DNA of 64,000 nt from an uncultured virus (IMG/VR IMGVR_UViG_3300021962_000075) (IMGVR_UViG_3300021962_000075); one strand, 5' to 3'. Shown: positions 8,228 through 18,769, counted from the stretch's first letter. Notes: generated by a model from the letters alone, not told the origin. A program made the numbers and translations.

Positions 8228-9088
8228 ATGAGCGACATTAATAATCCACCAGGATCCAATTTTTGGACAGAACCGGAGTCTGCGGCAAATACGGCTTATC
8301 CACCAATTTATCCATATAATCATGTGCAACAAACTGAATCCGGTCACACGTTTGAGATGGATGATACACCAACAAGAGAACGTATTGCAATAACACATCG
8401 AACAGGCACATTTATTGAAATGCATCCGAACGGTGATGAAGTACACAAAGTTTATGGTAACGGTTTTACAATCATTGTTTCCAATAAAAATATATTGATA
8501 GGTGGTGATTGTAACATACAAATTAATGGTGATTGTAACTTGGAGGTCATGAAAGACATGAACATACAAGTTCATGGTGATTATAATTTACAGGTAAAAG
8601 GTGAAACAAACATTAGGGGTATTGGTGATATTGATATTTCTGGTGATGCCGATGTAAGAATGACAGCTGATGAAAATTTTGGTGGTACAATGTATCTTGG
8701 TGCTGCTGACCATATCTCTGTGGCATCAGACTTAAACGTTGGTGGTTCAATTCATGCAGACATGTTAAATGCTGAATCTAGAGTAACTGCTGGTGTAGGT
8801 GTTTTTGCTGGTCCGGCGGGATTCACAACATCTGGAGGCGTATCTGCTGGTTTCCCAACACCGGCGACACCGGTTGCAGTTCCAGGGCAAATTAACGCAC
8901 TGACCAGTGTAAATGCTGTTGTATCAGTAAACGCACCATTGGCCAATTTTTCGTTGGCAAAAATTACTGTTATGGACGCAGTTTTAATGAGCGACCAAGT
9001 GAATAGTGCGATATATGGTTCACATATACACGGAAATGGTAATATGGGCGCACCAACAACACCACCAATAACAGGTCCATTTGTGTAA
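8228..9088 (+). CDS. gp5: gp5 C-terminal part: central spike beta-helix with HxH tip
   Basis: YPYNHVQQTESGHTFEMDDTP..ERI..HRTGTFIEMHPNG, I.GD.NL.V repeats, C-terminal GSHIHGNG..PTTPP. Confidence 0.88.
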   Translation: MSDINNPPGSNFWTEPESAANTAYPPIYPYNHVQQTESGHTFEMDDTPTRERIAITHRTGTFIEMHPNGDEVHKVYGNGFTIIVSNKNILIGGDCNIQINGDCNLEVMKDMNIQVHGDYNLQVKGETNIRGIGDIDISGDADVRMTADENFGGTMYLGAADHISVASDLNVGGSIHADMLNAESRVTAGVGVFAGPAGFTTSGGVSAGFPTPATPVAVPGQINALTSVNAVVSVNAPLANFSLAKITVMDAVLMSDQVNSAIYGSHIHGNGNMGAPTTPPITGPFV

Positions 9089-9101
9089 GGAGTAATATAA
9101 T

Positions 9102-9908
9102 ATGGTAGCAGTGGCTAATGCATCAGGAATTTTTCATTCTTTTGGTTATAATTTTGACGATCCAAACGGTCATATACAAGAATTATCGGATGATACAAAA
9201 GAACACCTAGAAAGAATGCCACCGTTTGTCTCGGAATGGCAAGCACAAGATATTGCAAATGATGATTTTGATGGTTATTATCAAAATCCTATGCAAAGTG
9301 TGACTATGAATATAAAAGACAGTGCGAATACCATTTACATGTCTTCCAATAATGTTGCAAATTTGACTTCTTTGAGAGCTGCAGCACAAGGTTTAGAAGC
9401 AAATGCATATTTGTTTTTAACTCACACAAATAAACAGTCTGGAGTAACAGAATTTGATGGTTCCGACAGCCTGACGCCTTATTTGGACCAGGCTATAGGT
9501 GCTGGTAGAACGGCATTGTACATAACCAATCAAACAGATGGAATACAAGATACTTCACCTATTATGGGTAATTTTACAAGCTTGTTGATTGAACCGCAAA
9601 TGGCAGCGAATAGTGAAATATTGACCACATACAAACAACAAGTGCAAAATAGTATAAATGTAATAAGTCCAAGTTCATCAACCACCAATCTGACAAGTAC
9701 ACAGATTACAACAATAACGAATCATATCAATAAAATAAATGATTTTATGAACCTGAGAAGAATTGCGGATATTGATTTTTACGCAAATTTGAGGTATTTT
9801 ATTGATGCATACAATAAAACCAAAAGATTAAACAATGTCGGAGAAACAGAAAAGTATTTAATTAATAATTTAATTGGTACTGATAAATCTAAGTCAAGAA
9901 TTGCATAA
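9102..9908 (+). CDS. Hypothetical protein (baseplate region)
   Basis: 268-aa ORF with SD AAGGAG; no recognisable motif. Confidence 0.7.
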   Translation: MVAVANASGIFHSFGYNFDDPNGHIQELSDDTKEHLERMPPFVSEWQAQDIANDDFDGYYQNPMQSVTMNIKDSANTIYMSSNNVANLTSLRAAAQGLEANAYLFLTHTNKQSGVTEFDGSDSLTPYLDQAIGAGRTALYITNQTDGIQDTSPIMGNFTSLLIEPQMAANSEILTTYKQQVQNSINVISPSSSTTNLTSTQITTITNHINKINDFMNLRRIADIDFYANLRYFIDAYNKTKRLNNVGETEKYLINNLIGTDKSKSRIA

Positions 9909-9994
9909 TTACCAAAATTTCGAATTTTTGCGTTCCGGCCCAAGAATTTTCTCCGACAGTTTCAAAAGTCCAAAAAAGCGTTTTACTCCTAGAC

Positions 9995-10001
9995 ATAAAT
10001 A
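9995..10001 (+). promoter_or_regulatory. Late promoter ATAAATA, 4 nt before the gp25 ATG
   Basis: ATAAATA-aaag-ATG, no SD. Confidence 0.7.
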
Positions 10002-10005
10002 AAAG

Positions 10006-10398
10006 ATGGCAACCATACAGAAACTTTACTCCGATATAGACTTCACACTAGCTAAGAGGCCAGTAGTGAATGATATTGCTTTAAGTTATGACAGTCAAGC
10101 AATCATCCGTTCAATAAGAAACATCTTGTTGACAAAAAAATATGAAAAGATGTGGAATCCAGATTTTGGTTCAAATGTTGATGGCCTATTATTTGAAAAT
10201 ATTTCTGCTATAACTGCAACTGCATTAGAAAAAGAGATATCTGTTGCGATAAGAAATTATGAACCTAGGGTAAATCTCAAAAGTGTTGTTGTAACACCAT
10301 ATGTTGATAGAAATGCTTATGATGTTACAATGACATTTTACATAGCAAATGCGACCCAACCAACTACTATAACAGTTTTTTTAGAGAGAAACAGATAA
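10006..10398 (+). CDS. gp25: Baseplate wedge / sheath initiator
   Basis: YSDIDFT, AIIRSIRNILLT..EK..NPDFGS...LLFE, YEPRV motifs. Confidence 0.93.
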   Translation: MATIQKLYSDIDFTLAKRPVVNDIALSYDSQAIIRSIRNILLTKKYEKMWNPDFGSNVDGLLFENISAITATALEKEISVAIRNYEPRVNLKSVVVTPYVDRNAYDVTMTFYIANATQPTTITVFLERNR

Positions 10399-10399
10399 A

Positions 10400-12478
10400 A
10401 TGGCAGGTGCTAACTCAAATTTTAACATCACCGAATTGGATTTTGATTCAATAAAAACCAGTTTGAAAAACTACATGAAGGACAACGATGTTCTTCAAGA
10501 TTATAATTATGAAGGTTCTGCGATATCTACATTATTAGATGTGTTGGCGTATAATACGCAATATAATGCATACTATTTAAATATGGTTGCAAATGAAATG
10601 TTCATGGACACAGCATTACAAAGAAATTCTGTTGTATCTCAAGCAAAACTACTAAACTACACACCAAAATCAGCCATTGCACCTTCTGCAACAATCAATT
10701 TGACTGTTAATCAAGTATATGAAACTTCATTAACTCTACCAAAATATACAAATTTTCTTTCTGAATCGGTTGATGGTGTAAATTATAATTTCGTGAACAT
10801 AGATTCAAAAACAGTAAATGTTGTTAACGGTGTTGCACAATTCAATGAAGTAACATTGAAACAAGGTCAGGCTTCAAACTACTCATTTGTCGTTGATGTA
10901 ACAAATAATCCAAAATCATTCTTTAAAATACCAGATGTGGGTGTTGATACAACAACACTTTTGATATCTGTACAAGAATCTAGTTCAAATAATTTTACCA
11001 CAACATACTCGGCAGCATCAAATTATTTGACACTGGATGGTGATTCTCTTGTATATTTCTTGCAAGAAGGTATAAATGGTTACTATGAAGTGTATTTTGG
11101 TAATGGTGTGTTGGGTAAATCTCTAAAAAATGGAAACATTGTTAGAATTTCTTATGTTACAACAAAAGGTACCGGATCGACAGGTGCAAACAATTTTGTG
11201 ATAATGAGTACTGTTGGTGGTTATGGCAATACATCTATCACACCAATCACATCCGCATCACAAGGTTCTGTCAAAGAATCATTAGATTCTATCAAGTTTC
11301 AGGCACCTAAGTCCTATGCGGCCCAAGGCCGTGCAGTAACAAAAGACGACTACATAACTGCAATTCAACAAAACAATTTAGGTTACTCTTTTGATGCGGT
11401 CAATGTCTGGGGTGGCCAACAAAATGATCCTCCAGTTTATGGTCGTGTGTTTGTTTGTATGAAACCAACGGGTGCATATACAATCACAGAAAACCAAAAA
11501 GCAAAACTAATTAAAGATGTTTTGAAACCAATTTCAATAATGACTGTTGAACCAACTATTGTTGATCCAGATTATACTTACATTCAAATTACAGCAAATG
11601 TGTTGTATGATCCTAAGAAAACCGTACTCACATCAGAACAAATTAAATCTTCAGTTCGTTCTGCAATCAATAATTATGCTAAGTCTACACTAAACACATT
11701 CAATTCAACATTTAAATCATCTGAATTTAATAACAGAATCAATGCCGTAGATTCTTCAATCATTACAAATGAAATTTCCATTAAGTTACAGAAGAAATTC
11801 TTTCCAAATTTAACCACACCGACAACATACAAGTTGTATTATGGTACTGAACTCAAGAAAGGTATGTTCTTAACTGGTATCTTGAGTTCACCAACAGTTG
11901 TTTATAGAAACCCATTAAATTTGGCACAAACAATTCAAGGCCTTTATGTTGAAGAAGTGCCCTCATCTACAGGTGGTGTCGAATCAATCACTGTTACTAA
12001 TCCAGGTTTTGGATACGAGTATCCACCAGTAGTCACTATATTGGGTGATGGTTCTGGTGCAACTGCACAGGCTGTGGTTGTTAACGGTGTCATCAAGAGT
12101 ATAAATGTATTGACAAAAGGTACAGGTTACACTTCAGCAATAGTAACAATTACAAATTCAGTGAATGATACAACAGGTACTTTAGGTGCAGCAACTGTTG
12201 CACTTGAGGGTAAATATGGTACATTGAGAACATACTATAATGACACATTAAATGTCAAAACAGTATTTAATGGAAATATTGGTACAGTCGATTACAATGC
12301 AGGTATCATCACACTAAATGCATTTGCACCAATAACTGTTGACAATCCTTTGGGTCTATTAACATTGACCGCAACACCAACAACAAGTATTGTTTCTTCT
12401 TCTTACAACAGAATCATTACGGTGGACGAATATGATCCACAATCAATCATTGTTAACGTAACAGCCAAATCAACATGA
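10400..12478 (+). CDS. gp6: Baseplate wedge subunit
   Basis: ELDFDSIKTSL, DYNYEGS..LLDVLAYNT.YNA, NEMFMDTA..RNSVVS.AK, YEVYFGNG, ESLDSIKF.AP..Y..Q.RAVT..DY. Confidence 0.95.
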   Translation: MAGANSNFNITELDFDSIKTSLKNYMKDNDVLQDYNYEGSAISTLLDVLAYNTQYNAYYLNMVANEMFMDTALQRNSVVSQAKLLNYTPKSAIAPSATINLTVNQVYETSLTLPKYTNFLSESVDGVNYNFVNIDSKTVNVVNGVAQFNEVTLKQGQASNYSFVVDVTNNPKSFFKIPDVGVDTTTLLISVQESSSNNFTTTYSAASNYLTLDGDSLVYFLQEGINGYYEVYFGNGVLGKSLKNGNIVRISYVTTKGTGSTGANNFVIMSTVGGYGNTSITPITSASQGSVKESLDSIKFQAPKSYAAQGRAVTKDDYITAIQQNNLGYSFDAVNVWGGQQNDPPVYGRVFVCMKPTGAYTITENQKAKLIKDVLKPISIMTVEPTIVDPDYTYIQITANVLYDPKKTVLTSEQIKSSVRSAINNYAKSTLNTFNSTFKSSEFNNRINAVDSSIITNEISIKLQKKFFPNLTTPTTYKLYYGTELKKGMFLTGILSSPTVVYRNPLNLAQTIQGLYVEEVPSSTGGVESITVTNPGFGYEYPPVVTILGDGSGATAQAVVVNGVIKSINVLTKGTGYTSAIVTITNSVNDTTGTLGAATVALEGKYGTLRTYYNDTLNVKTVFNGNIGTVDYNAGIITLNAFAPITVDNPLGLLTLTATPTTSIVSSSYNRIITVDEYDPQSIIVNVTAKST

Positions 12479-15400
12479 TAGACAACGGCCAACTAACTTC
12501 ATTATTGGTCAAGAACCAATTACCTGAGCACATCCGTGACAATGATGAATACCAAAAGTTTCATACATTCATTCAAGCATACTATGAATGGATGGAACAA
12601 ACAGGTAAAGTCACCGAAAGAACTAAAAATCTTTTAACTTATAAAGATGTTGATACCACAACAGAAGAATTTTTAGATTATTTCACGAATGACTTTCTAC
12701 CATTCTTTCCAAAAGATACACTCTTAAGTAAAGAAGAAACAATCAAAGTCGCAAGACAACTGTATCAAACAAAAGGCACTCATGCATCTTATGAGTTTCT
12801 TTTCCGTGTATTATTCAATTCAGAATTTGAAGTGTTTAATACCAAAGAAGCCGTGTTCAAAGCGTCTGCTGGTACATGGTATGTTTCAAAGAGTTTAAAA
12901 CTTGCATCAAGTAACCGTAATTTTTTAAACACCAAAAACCTAAGAGTATTTGGTTTAGAATCAAAATCTATTGCCACCATTGAGGCTGCGGTTCTAGTTG
13001 GTGACAAGACAGAAATTTTTATCTCCGACATTCAACGTTTGTTTGAGTCTGGAGAATTTATAAAGATTGTTGATTCAAATAATCAAGATGTATTATTTGA
13101 TGATGAAATACTTACTGCAAAAATTGTAGGTCAAATCAGTCAAATCAAAGTCAACTCAGTAAAACGTGGTTCTTTGTATCAACCAGGTGATCCTGTTGTT
13201 GTCTATGATGGTATGGATGATGTTACTACTGGCGTTGGTGCATCAGCTTTCGTTTCAGAAACAACAAAAGGTTCCTTACAACGTATTAGTGTAGTCAACG
13301 GTGGTTTTGGTTACTCATTGAAACCAAATACAATAGTGACAATACCAAATGGTGGTGGTGCCAAAGCAAACGTGTATGCACTAGCACAATACTTGCCACC
13401 TTCATACACAATCGTAAATGGTGGTACAGGTTATAGAATTAACGATAGAGTAATCTATGATGATTCACCGTTTGCGTTTGTTACAAGTGTGGATGAAAAC
13501 GGTTCAATAACAAGCATAAAATATGTGCCTTCTGTGAATGCTCAAGCTGTTGTAAGTCTTACTGCAACAGTTGAGTCATCAAATCCATTGGCAGAAAATG
13601 CAGTGATTAAAACCGCTGCAGCTGTTAGTAACGCTCGAGCAAATGTTAGTTATATCACCACAGATGTTATTGGTTTCAAAGAAGATATTTTAATTGGAAA
13701 CAGTCAATTCTTTTTCGCAAACATGGCTACTGCCAATGCAAACACTAGATTGATTGATGCTCTATCATTCTCTACACTAGAAACAAGTTCAATCTTTAGT
13801 ATGATTGTTGACAACGGCGGTGGTGGAATTTCTTCTATACCAGAGATTAATGTTGTGTCAACCATACCAACAGAAGATGAGAATGATGTTTACTCTGCCG
13901 CACATTCTGATATTGCACCTCTTGGTATCTTAGCACCAATTCAAATCATTAATGGTGGTGGTTGGTATCAGGCAAACGACAGGATAGTATTCAATGGTGG
14001 TTCAGGATATGGTGCATATGCAAACGTGACCTCAGTAGGTGCAAACGGTGCAATCACCGGTATTTCTTACTTGTTTGATCCAGCTGATCCTTTTCCATTG
14101 TATCCATTGGGTGGCCAAGGTTACAAGAATGAATTTTTACCATCAGTAACAGTTAATTCAGCAAATGCAACTGCATCTGGTGCTGTGTTGACTGTACCTG
14201 GAATACTAGGTACTGGTGCAGAATTTTCTTTAGTTGTAGACCGTGTTGGTTCTGTTACAACTATTTCGTTGGACAATTACGGTGAAGATTATGAATCTCA
14301 ACCAGGTGTGTCATTAAAGGTACAAGATATTGTTGTATCAAACGTTGCGATTGAAAACTTGCCACGTAAAGGTGAGTATATTTACCAAGGTCCAACAATT
14401 AACCTAGCAACATATACTGCTAGAGTTAATTCAATTTCATTGTTGGCTGCTGATGCAAACACCGAGTTGTCACTATACAACCTACAAGTGTTTAACTACA
14501 ATGCAAACCCAAATCCAAATTTGATGTTGAAGATATTAGGTGAAGATAGAAACATCAACTTGAAAATGGCAAATTCTACTTTCCCACAGTTTGCAAAATC
14601 ATATACTTATTTCGATGCATCAGGCAATAGAACAGTATTCACAAGACAATACAACAAACAAGGTTACATCACATATGGTGATGGTTCCGCAAAAGCCAAT
14701 GCAACATTCTTAAATGGTTTGGTAATTGGCCAAGGACAATATTTGACCTCACAAGGACAACCAAGTTCATTTGACATTATGCAGGACGATAGGTACAATA
14801 ACTTTACCTATTTGATTACAGTTGATAAAGAGATTTCAAAATACAGAGAAGTTCTATTGGGACTATTGCATCCAGTTGGAACAAATGTATTGGGCCGTTA
14901 CGGTCTGAAGTCCAATAATCAAGTTGACTTACATGGATATGACGCATTATATTCCGCTAATCCATTATCTTATTATCTTGGTTCTTATGTGAATGATGCG
15001 GTAACAATTGTGACCGATTTTGACAACAAGAGTAATAATATAATCCGATTCAATAGTCTGCTTGGTGCACCTTTGGATCAAATTGTAACACCATATTATT
15101 CATATATTAATATAGAAACAAAAAATGGTCCAAATGTTCATTCATTAATTGTTGATGTTGATGCGGAAGCAAATACGGTTACACTTGAAAGTAATGTTTG
15201 GTTGACCTATGCAAACGTTGCGGTGGTAACAGGCAATTCTGGTTCCAACGTACTAAATATTACATCATTGACTGGTCTATATGACTTGATGAATAATGGA
15301 AACTACAGTGACAGTGAATATCCAATAAGAGATATCGTTTATAAAGGTGATGTTGTTCTTGTGGACAATAACACAAGTAAGACAGTCAACACAGTTGATT

Positions 15401-15612
15401 ATATTAATGGAAAAATTTATCTAACAAGTAACTTAAGTTCAAATGCAAATTCTTACCTTGATGTAAAACGCACCTTTGTTGCAAATAGTACACTAACATC
15501 AAGTCAAATAAAATTATATGGTCCAGTTGGACTCACATACATACCGGAAATCACCACAGAAGATGGTGATAATATTACAACAGAAGATGAGAACATAATC
15601 CTATTGGGGTAA
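12475..15612 (+). CDS. gp7: Baseplate wedge initiator
   Basis: QLPEHI..F..FIQAYYEWME, DVDTT..EFL, LYQTKGT..SYEFLFRVLF, QDDRYNNFTY, LLHPVG; follows gp6. Confidence 0.85.
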   Translation: MIDNGQLTSLLVKNQLPEHIRDNDEYQKFHTFIQAYYEWMEQTGKVTERTKNLLTYKDVDTTTEEFLDYFTNDFLPFFPKDTLLSKEETIKVARQLYQTKGTHASYEFLFRVLFNSEFEVFNTKEAVFKASAGTWYVSKSLKLASSNRNFLNTKNLRVFGLESKSIATIEAAVLVGDKTEIFISDIQRLFESGEFIKIVDSNNQDVLFDDEILTAKIVGQISQIKVNSVKRGSLYQPGDPVVVYDGMDDVTTGVGASAFVSETTKGSLQRISVVNGGFGYSLKPNTIVTIPNGGGAKANVYALAQYLPPSYTIVNGGTGYRINDRVIYDDSPFAFVTSVDENGSITSIKYVPSVNAQAVVSLTATVESSNPLAENAVIKTAAAVSNARANVSYITTDVIGFKEDILIGNSQFFFANMATANANTRLIDALSFSTLETSSIFSMIVDNGGGGISSIPEINVVSTIPTEDENDVYSAAHSDIAPLGILAPIQIINGGGWYQANDRIVFNGGSGYGAYANVTSVGANGAITGISYLFDPADPFPLYPLGGQGYKNEFLPSVTVNSANATASGAVLTVPGILGTGAEFSLVVDRVGSVTTISLDNYGEDYESQPGVSLKVQDIVVSNVAIENLPRKGEYIYQGPTINLATYTARVNSISLLAADANTELSLYNLQVFNYNANPNPNLMLKILGEDRNINLKMANSTFPQFAKSYTYFDASGNRTVFTRQYNKQGYITYGDGSAKANATFLNGLVIGQGQYLTSQGQPSSFDIMQDDRYNNFTYLITVDKEISKYREVLLGLLHPVGTNVLGRYGLKSNNQVDLHGYDALYSANPLSYYLGSYVNDAVTIVTDFDNKSNNIIRFNSLLGAPLDQIVTPYYSYINIETKNGPNVHSLIVDVDAEANTVTLESNVWLTYANVAVVTGNSGSNVLNITSLTGLYDLMNNGNYSDSEYPIRDIVYKGDVVLVDNNTSKTVNTVDYINGKIYLTSNLSSNANSYLDVKRTFVANSTLTSSQIKLYGPVGLTYIPEITTEDGDNITTEDENIILLG

Positions 15613-15615
15613 ACA

Positions 15616-17370
15616 ATGTCAACAGTAAAAATTTCGCAACTACCAACACTGGCTAATTTAGATGCCAATACATCCAACAGTTTGTTTATGGGTGTGGATG
15701 TAACCTCGGGTGTTACTGGTAAATTCACCGCACATACACTTGCACAAGGTTTGTTTTCAAATGAAATCTTGAACGTTGGTAACAACCAGACATTCTTACC
15801 AAACACTATTGCACAATTTTATGCGTCAGGTAATTCTTACATTCAAACCAACATTGTAAATTCAAATGATGGTGGTACGGCCGATATGGTAATTACTGCC
15901 AATACGGGTACAGATACAACATACTTCGTTGATTTTGGTTTTGCAAATAAAGATTTTGTTCCTGGTTCCGAATATAACAGTCTAGGCACCGCAATTTATC
16001 CGTTAGATGGTTACCTTTATGTACAAGGTGATGAAGGAGAACTCGGTGGTAACTTAACGATAGGTACAACCACAAGTAACACTGAGATTAAATTTGTGGC
16101 TGGTGGTTATAATGCAGGAAATGTAATTGCAAAAATTAAACATGGTGGTTTTTATTTGGTAAACGACCATACATTGACATTCTCCGATGGCAGTGTACAA
16201 GAAAGTTCAGCAATATTTGCAGAATCATTTGCTAACGGTGCATTTGTACATGCCAATGCTGCATATACCACAACAAATACCAACGTAACATTTGCTGGTA
16301 ACGCATACGATAAGGCAAACTCTGGTGCAACCTTTGCTAACGCAGCATTCACAAGAGCTAACTCCGGTTATGGTGTAGCAAACTCTGGTGCATCATTTGC
16401 TAACGGTGCTTTTGTTATGTCTAACTCTGCATATGCCGCAGCAAATTCTGGCGCAACATTTGCCAATGCAGCCTTCACAAGAGCTAACTCTGCATATGCA
16501 AAGGCAAACTCGGCACTTGCAAATACATCAGGTATATTCGATGGTTCACTAATCATTACACAAAACTTGGATGTTAATTCATCAATCAAGTTTGCAAATG
16601 CAACATTCACATCAACACAAGGTTTGGTTACAATCAGTGCATCAAATACTGGTGCAACTCAACCAACTGGGGGTGATGGTTATGTTTTACACATGACTGG
16701 TAAACATAACATTCCCGTTAGAGTAGTATCCGATTCTTTTGGTGCCAACGGGCAACTCGTTTTCCCATTGTTTGGTGGTCGTGCAGCAAGAGGTAATGTA
16801 ACTAATCCATCTGCGGTTCAAACAGGTGATGTTCTAACACGAATTGGTGCAAGTGGTTTTGGTGAAACATCATATCAATCTGGTGGTACGTCTAGAATAG
16901 ATTTTGTTGCAACAGAAAATCATACAGATACATCCAGAGGCACAGCAATTAAATTCTATAATGTACAAGAAGGTTCAAATACATTATCAGAAATTGCCAG
17001 TTTCAATGCAAACACAGTTACAATTACTGGTGTAGTTAATCCCGCAAAAGGTTTCATCTATACACCTAGAATTCTACAAGGTGCTCAGACCGCAATCACA
17101 ATCGACTTTGCAACAGACTCTATGGTTCGTGCTACATTCTCAGCAACAGTAACAAACACACTCGCAAACTATGTTGCAGGTAAAATTGTTGAAGTATGGT
17201 TAACAAATACAGCAGGTAACGGACAAACAGTTGTACACGGATGCTTGGCAAACAACTCGACTATTGGCGCAACTTCATTAACGGTTGCATCTGGTCGTTC
17301 AGTCTACTTAAAGTACTTTAGTATTAGCGGAGACAATGCAAATACTTTCGTTGCAGTAACATACGCATAA
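15616..17370 (+). CDS. Putative tail fibre / baseplate-attached fibre protein
   Basis: N-terminal VKISQLP motif, central ANxAF heptad repeats, beta-rich C-terminus. Confidence 0.65.
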   Translation: MSTVKISQLPTLANLDANTSNSLFMGVDVTSGVTGKFTAHTLAQGLFSNEILNVGNNQTFLPNTIAQFYASGNSYIQTNIVNSNDGGTADMVITANTGTDTTYFVDFGFANKDFVPGSEYNSLGTAIYPLDGYLYVQGDEGELGGNLTIGTTTSNTEIKFVAGGYNAGNVIAKIKHGGFYLVNDHTLTFSDGSVQESSAIFAESFANGAFVHANAAYTTTNTNVTFAGNAYDKANSGATFANAAFTRANSGYGVANSGASFANGAFVMSNSAYAAANSGATFANAAFTRANSAYAKANSALANTSGIFDGSLIITQNLDVNSSIKFANATFTSTQGLVTISASNTGATQPTGGDGYVLHMTGKHNIPVRVVSDSFGANGQLVFPLFGGRAARGNVTNPSAVQTGDVLTRIGASGFGETSYQSGGTSRIDFVATENHTDTSRGTAIKFYNVQEGSNTLSEIASFNANTVTITGVVNPAKGFIYTPRILQGAQTAITIDFATDSMVRATFSATVTNTLANYVAGKIVEVWLTNTAGNGQTVVHGCLANNSTIGATSLTVASGRSVYLKYFSISGDNANTFVAVTYA

Positions 17371-17376
17371 TAAATA
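17370..17376 (+). promoter_or_regulatory. Late promoter ATAAATA, 4 nt before the gp8 ATG
   Basis: ATAAATA-aatc-ATG, no SD. Confidence 0.65.
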
Positions 17377-17380
17377 AATC

Positions 17381-18760
17381 ATGGCAAATAAAAATATACT
17401 TACAAACGATTCAAAGGTCTCTCAAATAGACCTGTTGTATTATGCACCAGTTGCAGTGGTACCACCTGCAATCACAACACCAATTCATTCTTACTATTGT
17501 TTCTTGGCCAAGCCAACTCCATGGGTAGACGATAATAATCCAAACACACCTACAACTGATTTGAAATCTATCAAACAGATTCAAAAGAATATTTTTGTTA
17601 CGAAACAAATTAAGACCAGTGACATTTCACCAGTCATTCAACGAATTGATTGGCAAACAAATTGGATATATGATTACTTCCGTGATGATGTTGATATGTT
17701 GACTAAGGATGAAAATGGTTTTCTAACCAAATTATTCTATGTTAAAAACAGGTATGACCAAGTTTTCAAGTGTTTGTGGAATAATAATGGTGCAGAATCA
17801 ACAAGAGAACCGTACTTTGAACCTGGTACATATTCAGCCAACAAAATTTTCCAAGGTGATGATGGTTACAAATGGAAATTTATGTATACCATTGACACCG
17901 GACTGAAACTGAAATTCATGGACAGAGAATGGATGCCGGTGCAGGTGGGTTCAAACACGCCAAACCCATTGGTTACCAGTGCAGGTGCAGGTAGTATAGA
18001 TGTTATTAATGTCATAGATGGTGGGTCAGGATACGACACGGTCAATGCGGTTGTGTATGTCACTATCACAGGTGACGGAACAGGTGCAACTGCATCCGCA
18101 AACGTGGAGTCTTTGGTGGACGGTGGTTCAATCAGAGATATTATTGTGGTAAATCCAGGTAGTAACTATACATATGCCAACGTTGCAATAACTTCCGCAA
18201 TTGGTGGTAATGCAAACGTTACATGGGCAACTTCACCAATCGGCGGCCACGGATTTGATCCAATTTCTGAATTGGGTTGCGGTCACCTCATGTTGACTGC
18301 TGAATTTGATGGTGATGAAAATGGTTTTATACCCACAGATATTGACTACCATCAAGTTGGTATTTTGGTAAATCCAACAACAAAACAATTCAATCCAAAT
18401 CCAGCCAATGGTGTCATCTATAGTACAACAACAAATGTAGTTGTAGCACCAGGTTCAGATGCGGGTTATACACCAGATGAATTCATATATCAAGGCACTT
18501 TGGAGAATCCATCATTTTATGCAAACGTTTTGAGTTTTGATAGTGATTCCAACCTGATTAAGCTGATAAATACAACTGGAACTCCAGCAAATAACAGTCC
18601 AATATTTGGCCAAGATTCAAAGACAACAAGAACATTACTGTCATACAGTACTCCAAATTTTGCAGTTCATTCTGGTTATATGATTTATGTAGAAAATAGA
18701 TCCGGTGTTCAAAGAAGTACTGATGGTATAGAACAATTCAGATTCGTATTAGGTTTCTAA
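17381..18760 (+). CDS. gp8: Baseplate wedge subunit
   Basis: Y.FLAKPTPW, VIQRIDW, FYVKN..QVFKCLWN, DGYKWKFMYTI, GGHGFDPISELG, SGYMIYVENR..VQRS..E. Confidence 0.92.
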   Translation: MANKNILTNDSKVSQIDLLYYAPVAVVPPAITTPIHSYYCFLAKPTPWVDDNNPNTPTTDLKSIKQIQKNIFVTKQIKTSDISPVIQRIDWQTNWIYDYFRDDVDMLTKDENGFLTKLFYVKNRYDQVFKCLWNNNGAESTREPYFEPGTYSANKIFQGDDGYKWKFMYTIDTGLKLKFMDREWMPVQVGSNTPNPLVTSAGAGSIDVINVIDGGSGYDTVNAVVYVTITGDGTGATASANVESLVDGGSIRDIIVVNPGSNYTYANVAITSAIGGNANVTWATSPIGGHGFDPISELGCGHLMLTAEFDGDENGFIPTDIDYHQVGILVNPTTKQFNPNPANGVIYSTTTNVVVAPGSDAGYTPDEFIYQGTLENPSFYANVLSFDSDSNLIKLINTTGTPANNSPIFGQDSKTTRTLLSYSTPNFAVHSGYMIYVENRSGVQRSTDGIEQFRFVLGF

Positions 18761-18769
18761 GGGAAAAAA

